Of a stretch of DNA of 64,000 nucleotides, positions 42,291-54,300 are shown one piece after another. This DNA is from a virus (taxonomy: Duplodnaviria > Caudoviricetes), in IMG/VR virus record IMGVR_UViG_3300025450_001231. The stretch is one strand, 5' to 3'. Position 1 is the stretch's first letter, and every line of letters starts with the position of its first letter. The position numbers and the translations under genes are program-made. The notes beneath the pieces are model-generated. The model was given only the letters and a program-made list of their open reading frames with translations. It ran no database searches and had not been told where the DNA came from.

Positions 42291-42635
42291 ATGCAAATAT
42301 CAGGGAATTTCAATTTATCGGGCGGTTTGGTGGTGGTACCTCCGGCTCCTACTGGCAATGCTACAGTAGCAGTGACTTGGGTATACCCACAACAAAATCA
42401 AACTTTTTTGCTCATCCCAAATGTTGCAATAACACCGATCCAAGCAGTAGCAATAACATACGACGGAGATAGTTATACCTACTCTGCTAATACAATTCCC
42501 ACAGGATTAACTTTAGCTGCTAATGGATTAATAACAGGAACACCAACAGTAATAGGTAACACCAGTACTAATCTGAGCGTTTCTACCGGATCCGGTGTAA
42601 AATCTTCTGTATACCCAACTTTTACAGTAATCTAG
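42291..42635 (+). CDS. Small single putative-Ig-domain protein
   Basis: The likely start is MQISGNF at 42291, since the track's 42255 start overlaps the upstream gene. The YTYSANTIPTGLTLAANGLITGTPT motif is present. 114 aa. Confidence 0.65.
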   Translation: MQISGNFNLSGGLVVVPPAPTGNATVAVTWVYPQQNQTFLLIPNVAITPIQAVAITYDGDSYTYSANTIPTGLTLAANGLITGTPTVIGNTSTNLSVSTGSGVKSSVYPTFTVI

Positions 42636-42643
42636 AAATACGA

Positions 42644-42649
42644 TAAATA
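42644..42649 (+). promoter_or_regulatory. T4-late-type promoter core TAAATA
   Basis: gaTAAATA lies 21 nt before the ATG at 42671. Confidence 0.6.
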
Positions 42650-42670
42650 CTCATTAATATGGGTTAACTA

Positions 42671-45600
42671 ATGTCATTTCCATCGTCCCCGTCAAACGGC
42701 CAACAAGTTACAGTTAATAATATAACATATACCTACAATAGTACTAGTAATGCGTGGTATAGGGTAGCTGGCACTACGAATATTATCGTTGCAAATACTG
42801 CTACAATCAGCGGTAATTTAACTGCAAACGGCACTACTACACTAAGCAACACTTCAGTAACTGGTAATGCAACTGTTGGTAATTTGTCAACTAGCGGTAA
42901 TCTAACTGCTGCTTACTTCTTAGGAAATGGTGCACTATTAACAGGATTATCAACAAGTAGTATTACCAATGGCACTAGTAATGTTAATATTCCTACAGCT
43001 AACGGTAATGTAAATTTAACTGCTGGCGGTGTTACTTCATTGGTGGTTTCCAATACAGGTGTATTTGCAACAAATTTATCGGTAACAGGCGTTTTTAGCA
43101 CTGGTACTGGCACGGCAGGTAGTATTACTGGAGCAAATTTATTAAGTGCAGTATATTTGGCTGGCACTTTAACAACTGCTGCTCAACCAAATATTACCAG
43201 TTTAGGTAATTTAACTTCAATTACTGTTACAGGAAATACTAGCTCAGGAAATGTGTTAGCCAGTGGTTATTTTTATAGTAATGGTGCAAGTATTTTGGCT
43301 AGCGGCCCGCAAGGACCACAAGGTCCAACCGGTCCAACTGGAAATACTGGACCACAAGGGCCTACAGGTGTACAAGGACCAACTGGTGTACAAGGGCCAA
43401 TTGGACCAATTGGAAATACCGGCCCACAAGGCCCTACAGGTGTACAAGGACCAACCGGCGCACAAGGCCCTACAGGTGTACAAGGGCCAACTGGACCAAT
43501 TGGAAATACCGGCCCACAAGGCCCTACAGGTGTACAAGGACCAACCGGCGCACAAGGCCCTACAGGTGTACAAGGACCACAAGGCCCAATTGGAAATACC
43601 GGCCCACAAGGCCCTACAGGTGTACAAGGACCAACTGGTGTACAAGGACCAACTGGCGCACAAGGGCCAACTGGACCAATTGGAAATACCGGCCCACAAG
43701 GCCCTACAGGTGTACAAGGACCAACCGGCGCACAAGGACCAACTGGCGCACAAGGTAATGTTGGAACATTCTCAGGGACTACTACACAACAAATTATTAC
43801 AACAAACACCACACCTGCAACCAGTACCACAACAGGTGCATTAATAGTTACGGGCGGTGGTGGTATTGGCGGAGATCTGCACGTTGGCGGTAATATTGTT
43901 GCTGGGCAATCATTAAACTTTATTCCGTATAATGCACCAATACAAGCCAGTGGGCATTACAATGCTTATTTTGAAGTTGCAATCCAAAACAGAAGTAATA
44001 ATCCAGGCGCTACTACTTGTTATGCTGCATTTGCAGACAACAGTGACGGTTGTACCAGTTTAGTTACATTTGGTATCGCATCTAGTTCGTTTAACCAAGC
44101 AGGGCACGGGCTAGTACAAGCTAACGATGGTTATTTTTATACGGTAGCTTCTGCAACTGGGCAAGGCGGCAATATTGTAATAAACTCTTGCGGCGCAAAT
44201 GCATCGGTTATTTTTGCAACTGGAGGAGACGATTACTCAAATGAAGTAATGCGAGTGACTCCAGGCGGTACTTCTTGTGGATTTGTTAATGTAAAATCAA
44301 CAGTGGCAAGTGGTAATACTGCATCAGGTGCATTAGTAGTTGCTGGTGGAGCGGGAATTGCTGGTAATTTGAATGCTGGTAATGTACTGGCAGGCGGATA
44401 TTTTTACAGTAATGGTGCAAGTATTTTAGCCAGTGGACCTACAGGTCCGCAAGGAGCACAAGGACCACAAGGCCCAACTGGTCCAGTGGCTGGAGCAAAT
44501 ACACAAGTTATTTTTAACAATGCTAATTCAGCAGGAGCCAGCAGTAATTTTATTTGGAATAATGCTACATCAACATTAACAATAACTGGTACAGTATCTG
44601 CTACAAATCACACTGGCAGTGGGGCTTACTTAACTAATCTCACTGGAGCCAATGTAACTGGACAAGTAGCCAATGCAGCATCTGCAGGTACAGTCTACGG
44701 AAATGCACAACCTAATATCACCAGTCTTGGCAGCTTATCAAGTCTAACAGTGTCAGGCACAACCAACAGCACTGGTGTTGGCACGGGTAGTGCTGTAGTA
44801 TTAGGCGGAGCAAGTATTACTAAAGATCTTTGGGTCGGCGGTACAATTTTTACCAATAACTTAACTACCGTTAATACAACAACATTAAGCGTATCTGCAC
44901 CGTTATTGTACTTGACTTCCAATGTAGTATATCCTTACAATTATGATATTGGTTTTTACAGTCACTTTGTTGGTGGCCCATCCAATGTTTATGCACATAC
45001 TGGACTAGTTAGAAATTATGTAGATAATAATTGGTATTTGTTCAGCAATGTTGCAGAACCCAGTGGCAGTGTAGTTAATCTAACTGATGCAAATGTAATT
45101 TACGACAGTTTGAAACTAGGTAATTTGACCAGTAGCGGCAATGTTACCAGTACATATTTCTTGGGCAACGGCAGTCAACTTTCGGGCTTACCATCAGTTA
45201 CAGTAAACAATGCACCTCCCGCAAATCCAGTTGCAGGTAGTGTATGGGTTGACACTGGATCAGGCGTGGAGTATACTTATATAACTGGCTCGAGTGGTAA
45301 TGTTTGGGTGGAACTAGAAGCACAAAACAGCTACAGTTACAATAGTCTAAGCTATGCCAATCTAAACAATACCAGCACCAACAGTCAAATTTTATATAAT
45401 AGTGCTGGTGCAATTGCCGGCTCCAACAATTTTACATTCAACGGATCCACAGTTACTGCACCAGTAATCTCAGCAAATGCACTAACAGTAAGTGGTCTAA
45501 CCACATTGAGTAATATTTCTATCGCTGGAAACATCACACCAACTGTAAATAATTACTACGCATTAGGAAGCCCTTCATACAAATGGGCCAATGTTTATAT

Positions 45601-46435
45601 CGGTCCTGGAAGTTTGTACTTAACAGATACTGTTACCGGTTCCACAATATCATTGACCGCCACCAACAATGTGTTGTTCTTGAATGGTGCAAGTGGATTG
45701 ACCAACGGCAATTTGTATTTTAACAACAACAGTATACTAACACTAACACCCAATGTAGATATTACCATCGGTAACATCAGTGGAGATTCTGGTAATGTGG
45801 TAATAAATCGTGTTACTAATTTTCATGGCAATATATTTGCAACTAATATTACCAGCACTGGTAATATTACAGGTCAAAACTTTATTGGTAATGGTGCTAC
45901 AATTAATGGTGACTTATCTGTTACAGGTAATATTAACATTGCCGGTAATGTCACAGTTACTAATCAAGTATATGGATCATTTGCAAATGTTGCAAATATA
46001 TCAGCAAGCGCATCAAATACTGGAAATCCTATTTTATTCTCAACCGCATTAGCAAATTCAGGAATACAATTAGGTACTGGTGCAAGTAATAGTCACGTAA
46101 TTATAAGCAAACCAGACACATACAGAGTTAAATATCAAGTAAATATTCTTAATACCGGTGGAGCACCTAATGTATATATTTGGATAAGAAAAAATGGTAC
46201 AGATATTGCATATTCGCAAGTCAAGTTTTCTGGTTCAGCAGTTGCACAAAATGGAATACTAAATGGTGATTTTTTTGTAACAACTACTACAAACACAGAT
46301 TATATTGAATTATATTGGGCTACATCATCTAATACATTAGCATCGTTATATGCTATCCCAGCAAATTCATATTCAGTGACAATGCCAGCAAGTCCAAGCG
46401 CATTAATATCAATATCGCCGGTTAATAATGTATAA
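42671..46435 (+). CDS. Collagen-containing fibre protein
   Basis: 1254 aa. It begins [10 protein letters not shown]...YTYN...W and has collagen at ~43300-43765 and ~44435-44485. It carries shared cassettes (GHGLVQ.NDGYFY; YPYNY) and a C-terminal beta domain (YRVKYQVNI...YIELYW). Confidence 0.8.
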   Translation: MSFPSSPSNGQQVTVNNITYTYNSTSNAWYRVAGTTNIIVANTATISGNLTANGTTTLSNTSVTGNATVGNLSTSGNLTAAYFLGNGALLTGLSTSSITNGTSNVNIPTANGNVNLTAGGVTSLVVSNTGVFATNLSVTGVFSTGTGTAGSITGANLLSAVYLAGTLTTAAQPNITSLGNLTSITVTGNTSSGNVLASGYFYSNGASILASGPQGPQGPTGPTGNTGPQGPTGVQGPTGVQGPIGPIGNTGPQGPTGVQGPTGAQGPTGVQGPTGPIGNTGPQGPTGVQGPTGAQGPTGVQGPQGPIGNTGPQGPTGVQGPTGVQGPTGAQGPTGPIGNTGPQGPTGVQGPTGAQGPTGAQGNVGTFSGTTTQQIITTNTTPATSTTTGALIVTGGGGIGGDLHVGGNIVAGQSLNFIPYNAPIQASGHYNAYFEVAIQNRSNNPGATTCYAAFADNSDGCTSLVTFGIASSSFNQAGHGLVQANDGYFYTVASATGQGGNIVINSCGANASVIFATGGDDYSNEVMRVTPGGTSCGFVNVKSTVASGNTASGALVVAGGAGIAGNLNAGNVLAGGYFYSNGASILASGPTGPQGAQGPQGPTGPVAGANTQVIFNNANSAGASSNFIWNNATSTLTITGTVSATNHTGSGAYLTNLTGANVTGQVANAASAGTVYGNAQPNITSLGSLSSLTVSGTTNSTGVGTGSAVVLGGASITKDLWVGGTIFTNNLTTVNTTTLSVSAPLLYLTSNVVYPYNYDIGFYSHFVGGPSNVYAHTGLVRNYVDNNWYLFSNVAEPSGSVVNLTDANVIYDSLKLGNLTSSGNVTSTYFLGNGSQLSGLPSVTVNNAPPANPVAGSVWVDTGSGVEYTYITGSSGNVWVELEAQNSYSYNSLSYANLNNTSTNSQILYNSAGAIAGSNNFTFNGSTVTAPVISANALTVSGLTTLSNISIAGNITPTVNNYYALGSPSYKWANVYIGPGSLYLTDTVTGSTISLTATNNVLFLNGASGLTNGNLYFNNNSILTLTPNVDITIGNISGDSGNVVINRVTNFHGNIFATNITSTGNITGQNFIGNGATINGDLSVTGNINIAGNVTVTNQVYGSFANVANISASASNTGNPILFSTALANSGIQLGTGASNSHVIISKPDTYRVKYQVNILNTGGAPNVYIWIRKNGTDIAYSQVKFSGSAVAQNGILNGDFFVTTTTNTDYIELYWATSSNTLASLYAIPANSYSVTMPASPSALISISPVNNV
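43303..43765 (+). repeat. Collagen-like run with four [15 protein letters not shown] units
   Basis: Near-exact DNA repeat CCAATTGGAAATACCGGCCCACAAGGCCCTACAGGTGTACAAGG, four copies. Confidence 0.9.
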
Positions 46436-46463
46436 TGGCAGATACACCAACTCCTTATAAGAT

Positions 46464-46469
46464 TAAATA
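46464..46469 (+). promoter_or_regulatory. T4-late-type promoter core TAAATA
   Basis: 4 nt before the ATG at 46474. Confidence 0.55.
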
Positions 46470-46473
46470 ACAT

Positions 46474-49400
46474 ATGACTTCCTTAAATTTCCCTTCATCC
46501 CCTGCACTAAATCAAACTTATACACTTGGTACAAGAACTTGGGTATGGACAGGCACCGCTTGGCAATTACAAGCACAAGGCGCAATTAATAATATTCCTG
46601 TTGGAAATTCTACACCGAGCACCGGAGCTTTTACTACACTTAGTGCCACAACTGCCAATATCAGTGGTAATATTGCCAGCGGTAATGTACTAGCAGGCGG
46701 ATATTTTTACAGTAACGGTGCAAGTATTTTAGCCAGTGGTCCACAAGGACCAACTGGAGCACAAGGACCAACTGGAGCACAAGGACCAATTGGAGCACAA
46801 GGTCCACAAGGACCAACTGGAGCACAAGGACCACAAGGCCCAACTGGAGGACAAGGACCGACTGGTGTACAAGGACCAATTGGAGCACAAGGACCACAAG
46901 GACCACAGGGTATTACTGGTAACACAGGAGCACAAGGACCGACTGGTGTACAAGGACCAATTGGAGCACAAGGACCACAAGGCCCAACTGGAGCACAAGG
47001 ACCGACTGGTGTACAAGGACCACAAGGACCACAGGGTATTACTGGTAACACAGGAGCACAAGGACCGACTGGTGTACAAGGACCACAAGGACCACAGGGT
47101 ATTACTGGTAACACAGGAGCACAAGGACCGACTGGTGTACAAGGACCAACTGGCGTACAAGGTCCACAAGGCCCGCAAGGACCCACTGGCGTATTTTCAG
47201 GAACTACAACTCAACAGATTATAACATCAAATACAACACCGGCAATTACTACTAATACAGGTGCATTACAAGTGGCAGGCGGAGCCGGTATTGGTGGAAA
47301 CTTATATGTAGGCGTTAATTTAGTTTCCGCTAATATAACAGCCCAAAGCAGTATCAAACTCAGCCCTGGCGCCAATTTCGTAGTAGGAGTACCATTAAAC
47401 TTTACTTTGAATAATGCACCACTACAATCTGGTGCGTATATAAATTCAAATTTTCAAGTGCCTGCTCAGAATTCTAACAACGGAAATGCAGCTACCACTA
47501 GTTATACTGCATTCGCTGACAGTAGTAATGGGTGTACTAGTTTGGCCAGTTTTGGTGTTGCATCCAGCAATTTCAGTCAGTCAGGGCACGGGCTAGTACA
47601 GTCCAATGATGGTTATTTTTATACTGTGGCTTCTGCTTCTGGAGTTGGCGGAAACCTAGTAATAAATTCTCGTGGAGCAAACGCAGCAATTATTTTTGCA
47701 ACTGGAGGAGACGATTACTCAAATGAAGTAATGAGAGTGACTCCAGGCGGTACTGCCAACGGATTCGTTAAAATTAATTCTACTGTAATCAGCAGTAACA
47801 CTACAACTGGTGCATTGGTAGTTGCAGGTGGTGTTGGTATTTCTGGTAATCTACGCTCAGGTAATATTTTTGCATCAAATTATTTTTATAGCAACGGTAC
47901 AAGCATAATCACAAGTGGACCACAAGGACCATCAGGGCCTAGCGGATTAACCGGACCTCAGGGACCACAAGGACCATCTGGAGCACAAGGTAATGCTGGA
48001 TCATTCACCGGCACTACTACTCAACAGATTATCACATCAAATACCTCACAAAATACAGGTATCAATACAGGTGCATTGCAAGTAACACAAGGTGGTGCAT
48101 ATATCGCTGGTAATTTATATGTTGGCGGTAATATTAATCTATCGACTGCTAATGTAAGTGTATTCTATGGTAATAGTGGCGTATACTATGGAAATACTGC
48201 AGGGTTTGGCGCATTATACGCAGGTATTACCAGCGGATACTTACCAGAGCCCCAAGCAACACTACAAAGTACTGCTAATTTTAATAGCTATGCAGGTGTG
48301 TTTAACGGGCAAAATATCAATAGTGGTAGTTTAGCATCCACTGATATTTTCTTATCTCCAAACAATGGTACATTACTCGACACTTACCTTGATTTAGGTA
48401 TTGGAAGTAGCACGTATGCATATCCAGGTTATACTTTAATCGGACCAAATGATGCTTATCTATTCAATTGGGGAAATGCTTCGACTGGCGGCGGTAATTT
48501 AATATTAGGTACAGGAGCGAACAACGACATCGTATTTTCAACCAATGGCATTAACGCCAGTAATGAAGTAATGCGTATTACTCGTACCGGAAACTTAAAT
48601 GTTATTGGCAGTAAAAATTATTTTGCTGGTAATACTAGTATCGGAACATCTGGAAAAGCCAGTGACACTGCAGTTATTCTAACCCTAAACAGTTCAGGTG
48701 CCAACGCCAGTGGTGGCGGTATTCAAATGACTGCTAACAACAACGGCGGGGGTGCAATACAAGCTAGCGTAGGTGGCGGATTGCAATTCTGGACATTTAC
48801 TGGGGCAGTAGGCGCAGAAACTTATGTAGAGCCTATGTTGATTTCCAGTACCGGTAATGTTTACATATCAACAACCACAAGCAGTACAACTACATCGACT
48901 GGAGCATTGGTAGTTGCAGGTGGGGTAGGCGTAGCAGGTAATGTTAATGCAACTAATGCAAATGTAACTGGAAATATTACTACAACTGCATTAACTATTG
49001 GCACGGGCATAGTAACATCAAATGTATATCCGTCAGGTGGTAGTATGAGTCTTACTGCAGCCAGCAGTCAGTATGTGAGTTATGCGGCTAACCCTAACTT
49101 TGCGCTCACTGGCAACTTTACCATTGAGTGTTGGGTATATATTACTAATTTTTCTGCCACGCCGACTATATTAGATCAAATGATGAGTTATGCTGCTGGT
49201 GCAGGTAACTGGCAGTTTACAGTTATGAGCACAACAGGACTTGCATTTTATTATAATGGAAGTACTAGCCAAATTAGTGGCACTGGATTCTCTAATAATA
49301 CTTGGTATCACTTGGCTGCAGTTAGATCAGGTACAACACTAAACTTCTTCGTCAATGGTGTAAGTCAAGGGACCGCAACCTATTCTGGTACCATTGGATC

Positions 49401-51300
49401 AAACAACAGCTTATATGTTGGTGCCCAACATTATGCTGGGCCACAGGCTTTTATGGGTGGATATGTCAACAATGTTCGTATTGTTAACGGTACTGCTCTT
49501 TACAGTGCAAACTTTACTCCTCCAGTGAGTCCATTAACTGCAGTTGCAAACACAGTGATATTGGTCAACGCCAACAGTCCCAGCACTTTCCTAAATGATT
49601 CTGGACCCAACAATCTTGCAGCAACAGCACTTGCTTTGCCTACTTGGAGTAGTGTTACGCAGTTGCTCGGCGGAAGTTTGAGTTTTAACGGTACTAACCA
49701 ATATCTGACCTCGCCAAATAATCCAGTTTACGGAACAAACAATTTCACTATTGAATTTTGGTTTAACGGTGCATCACAAACTAATACAATTTTTTACGAC
49801 GGCAGAACGACTCAATCTGGTTCAAGTGTCGGTCCACTGATTTCAACTGGCCTTAGTACTGCTGGACTTAGATATAGCAATAATCAAGACACCGCGGAAG
49901 TTACTACCACGACATTAGTTGCCACTGGCTCTTGGGTACATTGTGCGGTGGTAAGAAATGGCACTACTGTTACTCTTTATGTAAACGGTGTTGCTGGAGC
50001 AACATTAACTGATAACAGCAACTACTCAGGTACCGGTACCTTGTATCTAATGAGAAATAGTTACAGTGGCAACTATGTGTCGGGTAACATTACCAATTTC
50101 AGAATTGTCAATGGCACAGCGGTTTATACCAGTAATTTTACTCCTCCGACAAGTCAGTTAACTGCAATTTCAAACACCGCATTGTTGTTGAATGTACTGA
50201 CAGCACCTATATATCTTGCTGACTCAAGTACAAATAATACAACCATTACCAATGGTGGGTCAACCCCATTCTCCGCATACACTCCATATTCGAGTCTAGT
50301 TGCTGTTACCAGTGGGTCAGTGATACCATCAACGTCAGCCAATACAGGTGCATTGGTAGTTGCTGGTGGAACTGGTATAGCAGGTAATTTGTATGTAGGC
50401 GGCAATTTAGTTACCACTGGCAATATAATCGGTACATATTTCTTGGGTAACGGCAGTCAATTGACTGGTTTGCCATCGTCTTACGGTAATATTCAAATGT
50501 TGTCCAACTTGGCAGCCACTGGTAACCCTATTACCATTGGTAGTAATTTAACAGTACAAGGCAACTTGACGGTAACTGGCAATGTTACTTCAGTAAATTA
50601 CGAAACAATAACTTACACAGAAACTGCTAATGCTATATCAGCCACTGGTAATATTTCTACTACTGCTAACCTAGTTGCACCTACTTACTATGGTAATACC
50701 ATTGGTACTACTGCTACATACTCTGGTAATGTAAGTGCTGGTAATATAATAGCAACTCACTATGGTAATACCATTGGTACTACTGCTACATACTCTGGTA
50801 ATGTAAGTGCTGGCAACCTAAGTGCAAATGGCTTTTTCTACAGTAACGGAGTTTCAATAGTAGGAAGTACAATATTTGCTGGTACCCCTACTACTGCAGC
50901 CGCTAAATTTACCAACATAGTTGAAACAGCTAATATTATAGTTGGAGCACCTTCCTCAACACAAAGCTATTATATTGCATCTGGTGAAGTACAATACTAT
51001 ACCGCTAACACTACTACAAATTGGACGCTTAATGTATCTTGGAGTTCGTCAACAACTGTTAACTCAGTTATGGCAGTGGGCGATACTGTTACAATTGTAA
51101 TGTTAGTTACAAATGGTACACCTGCTTACTACAATAGCGCAATCGCTATCGACGGTACTTCGGTTACCCCGAAATGGTATAACGGACTAGTGCCGATATC
51201 AGGAGATTCAAATTCTATAGATTTATACACTTATACTATCATTAAAACTGCTGCTACCCCGTCTTATACCGTATTAGCGGGACAAGTCAAATACGCATAG
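46474..51300 (+). CDS. Collagen-containing fibre protein with two internal LamG-like domains
   Basis: 1608 aa. It begins [10 protein letters not shown]...WVWTGTAW and has collagen at ~46740-47190. Two LamG-like domains ([18 protein letters not shown]; [17 protein letters not shown]) lie at ~49040-50290. Confidence 0.8.
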   Translation: MTSLNFPSSPALNQTYTLGTRTWVWTGTAWQLQAQGAINNIPVGNSTPSTGAFTTLSATTANISGNIASGNVLAGGYFYSNGASILASGPQGPTGAQGPTGAQGPIGAQGPQGPTGAQGPQGPTGGQGPTGVQGPIGAQGPQGPQGITGNTGAQGPTGVQGPIGAQGPQGPTGAQGPTGVQGPQGPQGITGNTGAQGPTGVQGPQGPQGITGNTGAQGPTGVQGPTGVQGPQGPQGPTGVFSGTTTQQIITSNTTPAITTNTGALQVAGGAGIGGNLYVGVNLVSANITAQSSIKLSPGANFVVGVPLNFTLNNAPLQSGAYINSNFQVPAQNSNNGNAATTSYTAFADSSNGCTSLASFGVASSNFSQSGHGLVQSNDGYFYTVASASGVGGNLVINSRGANAAIIFATGGDDYSNEVMRVTPGGTANGFVKINSTVISSNTTTGALVVAGGVGISGNLRSGNIFASNYFYSNGTSIITSGPQGPSGPSGLTGPQGPQGPSGAQGNAGSFTGTTTQQIITSNTSQNTGINTGALQVTQGGAYIAGNLYVGGNINLSTANVSVFYGNSGVYYGNTAGFGALYAGITSGYLPEPQATLQSTANFNSYAGVFNGQNINSGSLASTDIFLSPNNGTLLDTYLDLGIGSSTYAYPGYTLIGPNDAYLFNWGNASTGGGNLILGTGANNDIVFSTNGINASNEVMRITRTGNLNVIGSKNYFAGNTSIGTSGKASDTAVILTLNSSGANASGGGIQMTANNNGGGAIQASVGGGLQFWTFTGAVGAETYVEPMLISSTGNVYISTTTSSTTTSTGALVVAGGVGVAGNVNATNANVTGNITTTALTIGTGIVTSNVYPSGGSMSLTAASSQYVSYAANPNFALTGNFTIECWVYITNFSATPTILDQMMSYAAGAGNWQFTVMSTTGLAFYYNGSTSQISGTGFSNNTWYHLAAVRSGTTLNFFVNGVSQGTATYSGTIGSNNSLYVGAQHYAGPQAFMGGYVNNVRIVNGTALYSANFTPPVSPLTAVANTVILVNANSPSTFLNDSGPNNLAATALALPTWSSVTQLLGGSLSFNGTNQYLTSPNNPVYGTNNFTIEFWFNGASQTNTIFYDGRTTQSGSSVGPLISTGLSTAGLRYSNNQDTAEVTTTTLVATGSWVHCAVVRNGTTVTLYVNGVAGATLTDNSNYSGTGTLYLMRNSYSGNYVSGNITNFRIVNGTAVYTSNFTPPTSQLTAISNTALLLNVLTAPIYLADSSTNNTTITNGGSTPFSAYTPYSSLVAVTSGSVIPSTSANTGALVVAGGTGIAGNLYVGGNLVTTGNIIGTYFLGNGSQLTGLPSSYGNIQMLSNLAATGNPITIGSNLTVQGNLTVTGNVTSVNYETITYTETANAISATGNISTTANLVAPTYYGNTIGTTATYSGNVSAGNIIATHYGNTIGTTATYSGNVSAGNLSANGFFYSNGVSIVGSTIFAGTPTTAAAKFTNIVETANIIVGAPSSTQSYYIASGEVQYYTANTTTNWTLNVSWSSSTTVNSVMAVGDTVTIVMLVTNGTPAYYNSAIAIDGTSVTPKWYNGLVPISGDSNSIDLYTYTIIKTAATPSYTVLAGQVKYA
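46738..47190 (+). repeat. Collagen-like run with three [15 protein letters not shown] units
   Basis: Same peptide unit as at 31680-31915, in a different gene. Confidence 0.9.
50688..50813 (+). repeat. Exact 54-bp direct repeat with 72-bp period ([19 protein letters not shown] x2)
   Basis: 50688-50741 is identical to 50760-50813. Confidence 0.9.
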
Positions 51301-51336
51301 TTTTATACCACAACAACCGAATATTTAATAAAATAA

Positions 51337-51342
51337 TAAATA
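51337..51342 (+). promoter_or_regulatory. T4-late-type promoter core TAAATA
   Basis: 7 nt before the ATG at 51350. Confidence 0.55.
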
Positions 51343-51349
51343 CTGTACT

Positions 51350-54300
51350 ATGTCCAGACTATCATCCGTATCATCATCCGTAGGTGGCTCAACTTCAACT
51401 GCTGCAGCAACCAACCAAAATGTCGCCGTTCTCGCAACTAACCCTCCGAGTAACTTAATACCGCCCTCGATTACAGGAACAGCTCAGGTTAATCAAACTT
51501 TAACTGCTAACGTAGGAACTTGGAGCGCAAATACTATTAGTTATGCATATCAGTGGGTCAATAGCGGAACTGGAAATATTAATTCTGCTACAAATTCTAC
51601 TTATACTGTACAAACTACAGATTTGGGTTATACACTGGACTGTATAATTATTGCAACAAATTCATATGGAAATTCGTCAACTGCATCAAATCTATCATCT
51701 GCAGTGGTACCAGGCGTACCATTAGCACCAACAATTGGAACTGCTACAGACATAGACGGTAGTTCTGCAACAGTTAGCTTTACTGCACCAACCAACAATG
51801 GTGGTGCAACAATTACCAAGTATGTAGCAACTGCAAACGTAGGAGGAGTTACTTCTACAATAACTCAAGCGGGTTCTGGAACTATTACAGTAACTGGATT
51901 ATCGGTTGCAACTTCTTACACATTCACTGTAGCCGCAGTAAACAGCGTTGGTACAAGCCCATCAAGCAGTCAGAGTAATGCTATTACCACTGGCGCGAAA
52001 CCTTGTGCCCCGACTATCGGCAGCGCAAGTGAATTGACACCAACATCTGCTGCAGTATCCTATACTGCACCAACTTTCAACGGCGGAAGTACAATATTGT
52101 ACTATACTGCTACTGCAAATGTAGGCGGAATTACTGCTACACTAAGCACATCAAGCTCAGGTACAATTACTGTAACTGGACTAACAACCGGCAACAGCTA
52201 CACATTCACAGTTACTGCTACCAATAGCATTGGCACAAGTAACGCCAGTGCAGCAAGTAACAGCCTAACAGAAGCTACCGCACCAGGTGTACCAACTAGT
52301 GTAACTGCTACCGCTACAGGAGCAAATACAGCTAATGTAGCATATACTGCACCAATTAGCAATGGCGGCATTGCAATTAACTACTATGTAGCTACAAGCA
52401 ATGTTGGAAATATAACTGCTACATTAAGTACTTCTACATCAGGTACAATTAATGTAACTGGATTGACATCGGGTGCTAGCTATACATTCACAGTTAAAGC
52501 TTCTAATTCATATGCTACAAGTAATGCCAGCGCAGCAAGTAATGGAATTACAGAGTGGACAGTGCCTGCAGCACCAACTATTGGAACAGCTACTGCCACA
52601 AGTGCAAATACTGCTAACTTAACATATACTGCACCAGTGAACAACGGTGGAACTACAATTACTAGCTATGTAGCTACAAGCAATGTTGGTGGAATCACTG
52701 CTACATTAAGCACATCCAGCTCGGGCACATTCTCAATAACTGGATTGACATCAGGTGCCAGCTATACATTCACAGTTACTGCCATCAATAGCGTTGGAAC
52801 AAGTAATGCCAGTGCCGCAAGTAACGGAATTACAGAGTGGGCTGTACCAGGAGCACCAACAATTGGAAATGCAACAGTAGCCAATGCTACTGCAGTAAGT
52901 GTGGCATATACTGCACCAGCAAGCAACGGTGGCACTGCAATATTGTACTATACTGCCAGCAGCAATATTGGTAATATAACTGCTACACTAAGCACAACTA
53001 GCTCGGGTACTATTACTGTAGCGGGATTGACAACAAATGTTTCTTACACATTCACAGTTACTGCTACTAATACTGTTGGAACTGGCAATTCAAGTGCTGC
53101 AAGTAATACAGTAACTCCAGTTGTTAATAACGGACCTTGCGCACCAATAATTGGATATGTTGCCGCAACTAGTGCCAATTCAGCAATAGTAACATACACT
53201 GCACCTGCAAGTAACAATGGTGCTACAATCAGTAGTTACATAACAACAAGTAATGTCGGCGGAATTACTGCTACAGTAAGCACTTCAACATCAGGCACTA
53301 TTACAGTAACTGGCTTGACTTCCGGCACTTATTACTCATTTACAGTACAAGCAGTTAATGCAAACGGCACCAGTGCAGCAAGTGCAGCCAGCGCTCCGAT
53401 CGCTCCAGGAGTGGGATACTTATGGGTATGGGGAGGACAAAATAACGTAGGGCAATTGGGTACAAACAATCAAACAGTATACTCTAGTCCTGTACAATTA
53501 GGTGCAGGTAGTAACTGGAAAATGGAAAGTATTACCGACAGTGCCAGTGGAGCTGTTAAATTTGATGGAACTCTCTGGACCTGGGGTTATAATAACTATG
53601 GTATGTTAGGTCTGTCTAATACAACTAGCTATTCTAGTCCAAAACAAGTCGGTGCATTAACCAATTGGAGTTCAGTAATTACTCGATTTAATACTGTTAC
53701 TGCACTTAAAACTGACGGAACGATATGGGCTTGGGGCTACGGTGGTCTTGGTGCTTTAGGTCTAAACAACCTTACTAGTTATTCAAGTCCAAAACAAGTC
53801 GGCGCATTGACAAACTGGACTGCTATTTCCACAGACGGTTATACAACGTTTGCTATTAATTCATTAGGCCAATTGTGGGTGTGGGGTAATAATGGTAATG
53901 GCCAGCTAGGATTAAATAATGCCAATAATTATTCAAGTCCTAAACAAATCGGCACATCAACTAATTGGAAACAAATGTCCACATATAATGCTTCGGTTAT
54001 TGGACTTAAAACCGACGGAACTATATGGAGCTGGGGCAATAACAATTGGGGGCAACTAGGATTAAATAATTCTTTTCAGACTTATAGTAGTCCAGTACAA
54101 GTTGGTACACTAACTAACTGGAAACAGGTCATTATGAATAATTCTGTTGGAGGTGGAACTAAAACCGACAATACATTATGGATGTGGGGTTATAATGGTA
54201 CTGGCCAATTGGGATTAAATAATGTTAATAATTATTCAAGTCCAAAACAAGTCGGCTTGTCTACTTCATGGGCATTGTTAACCCCATCTTTCAATGTTAC

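Noticed and set aside
709-47186. Minus-strand ORFs reading PCGPCG, LWSLWS or LVVLV
   Set aside because: They are antisense shadows of the same collagen repeats.
51-47224. Many + strand alternative-frame ORFs rich in HKDHKD/KDQ (e.g. 51..257, 26251..26592, 29922..30701, 43263..43844, 46736..47224)
   Set aside because: They are frame-shifted reads of the CAAGGACCA collagen repeat, which lacks stops. They coincide exactly with collagen runs and have no promoter or RBS.
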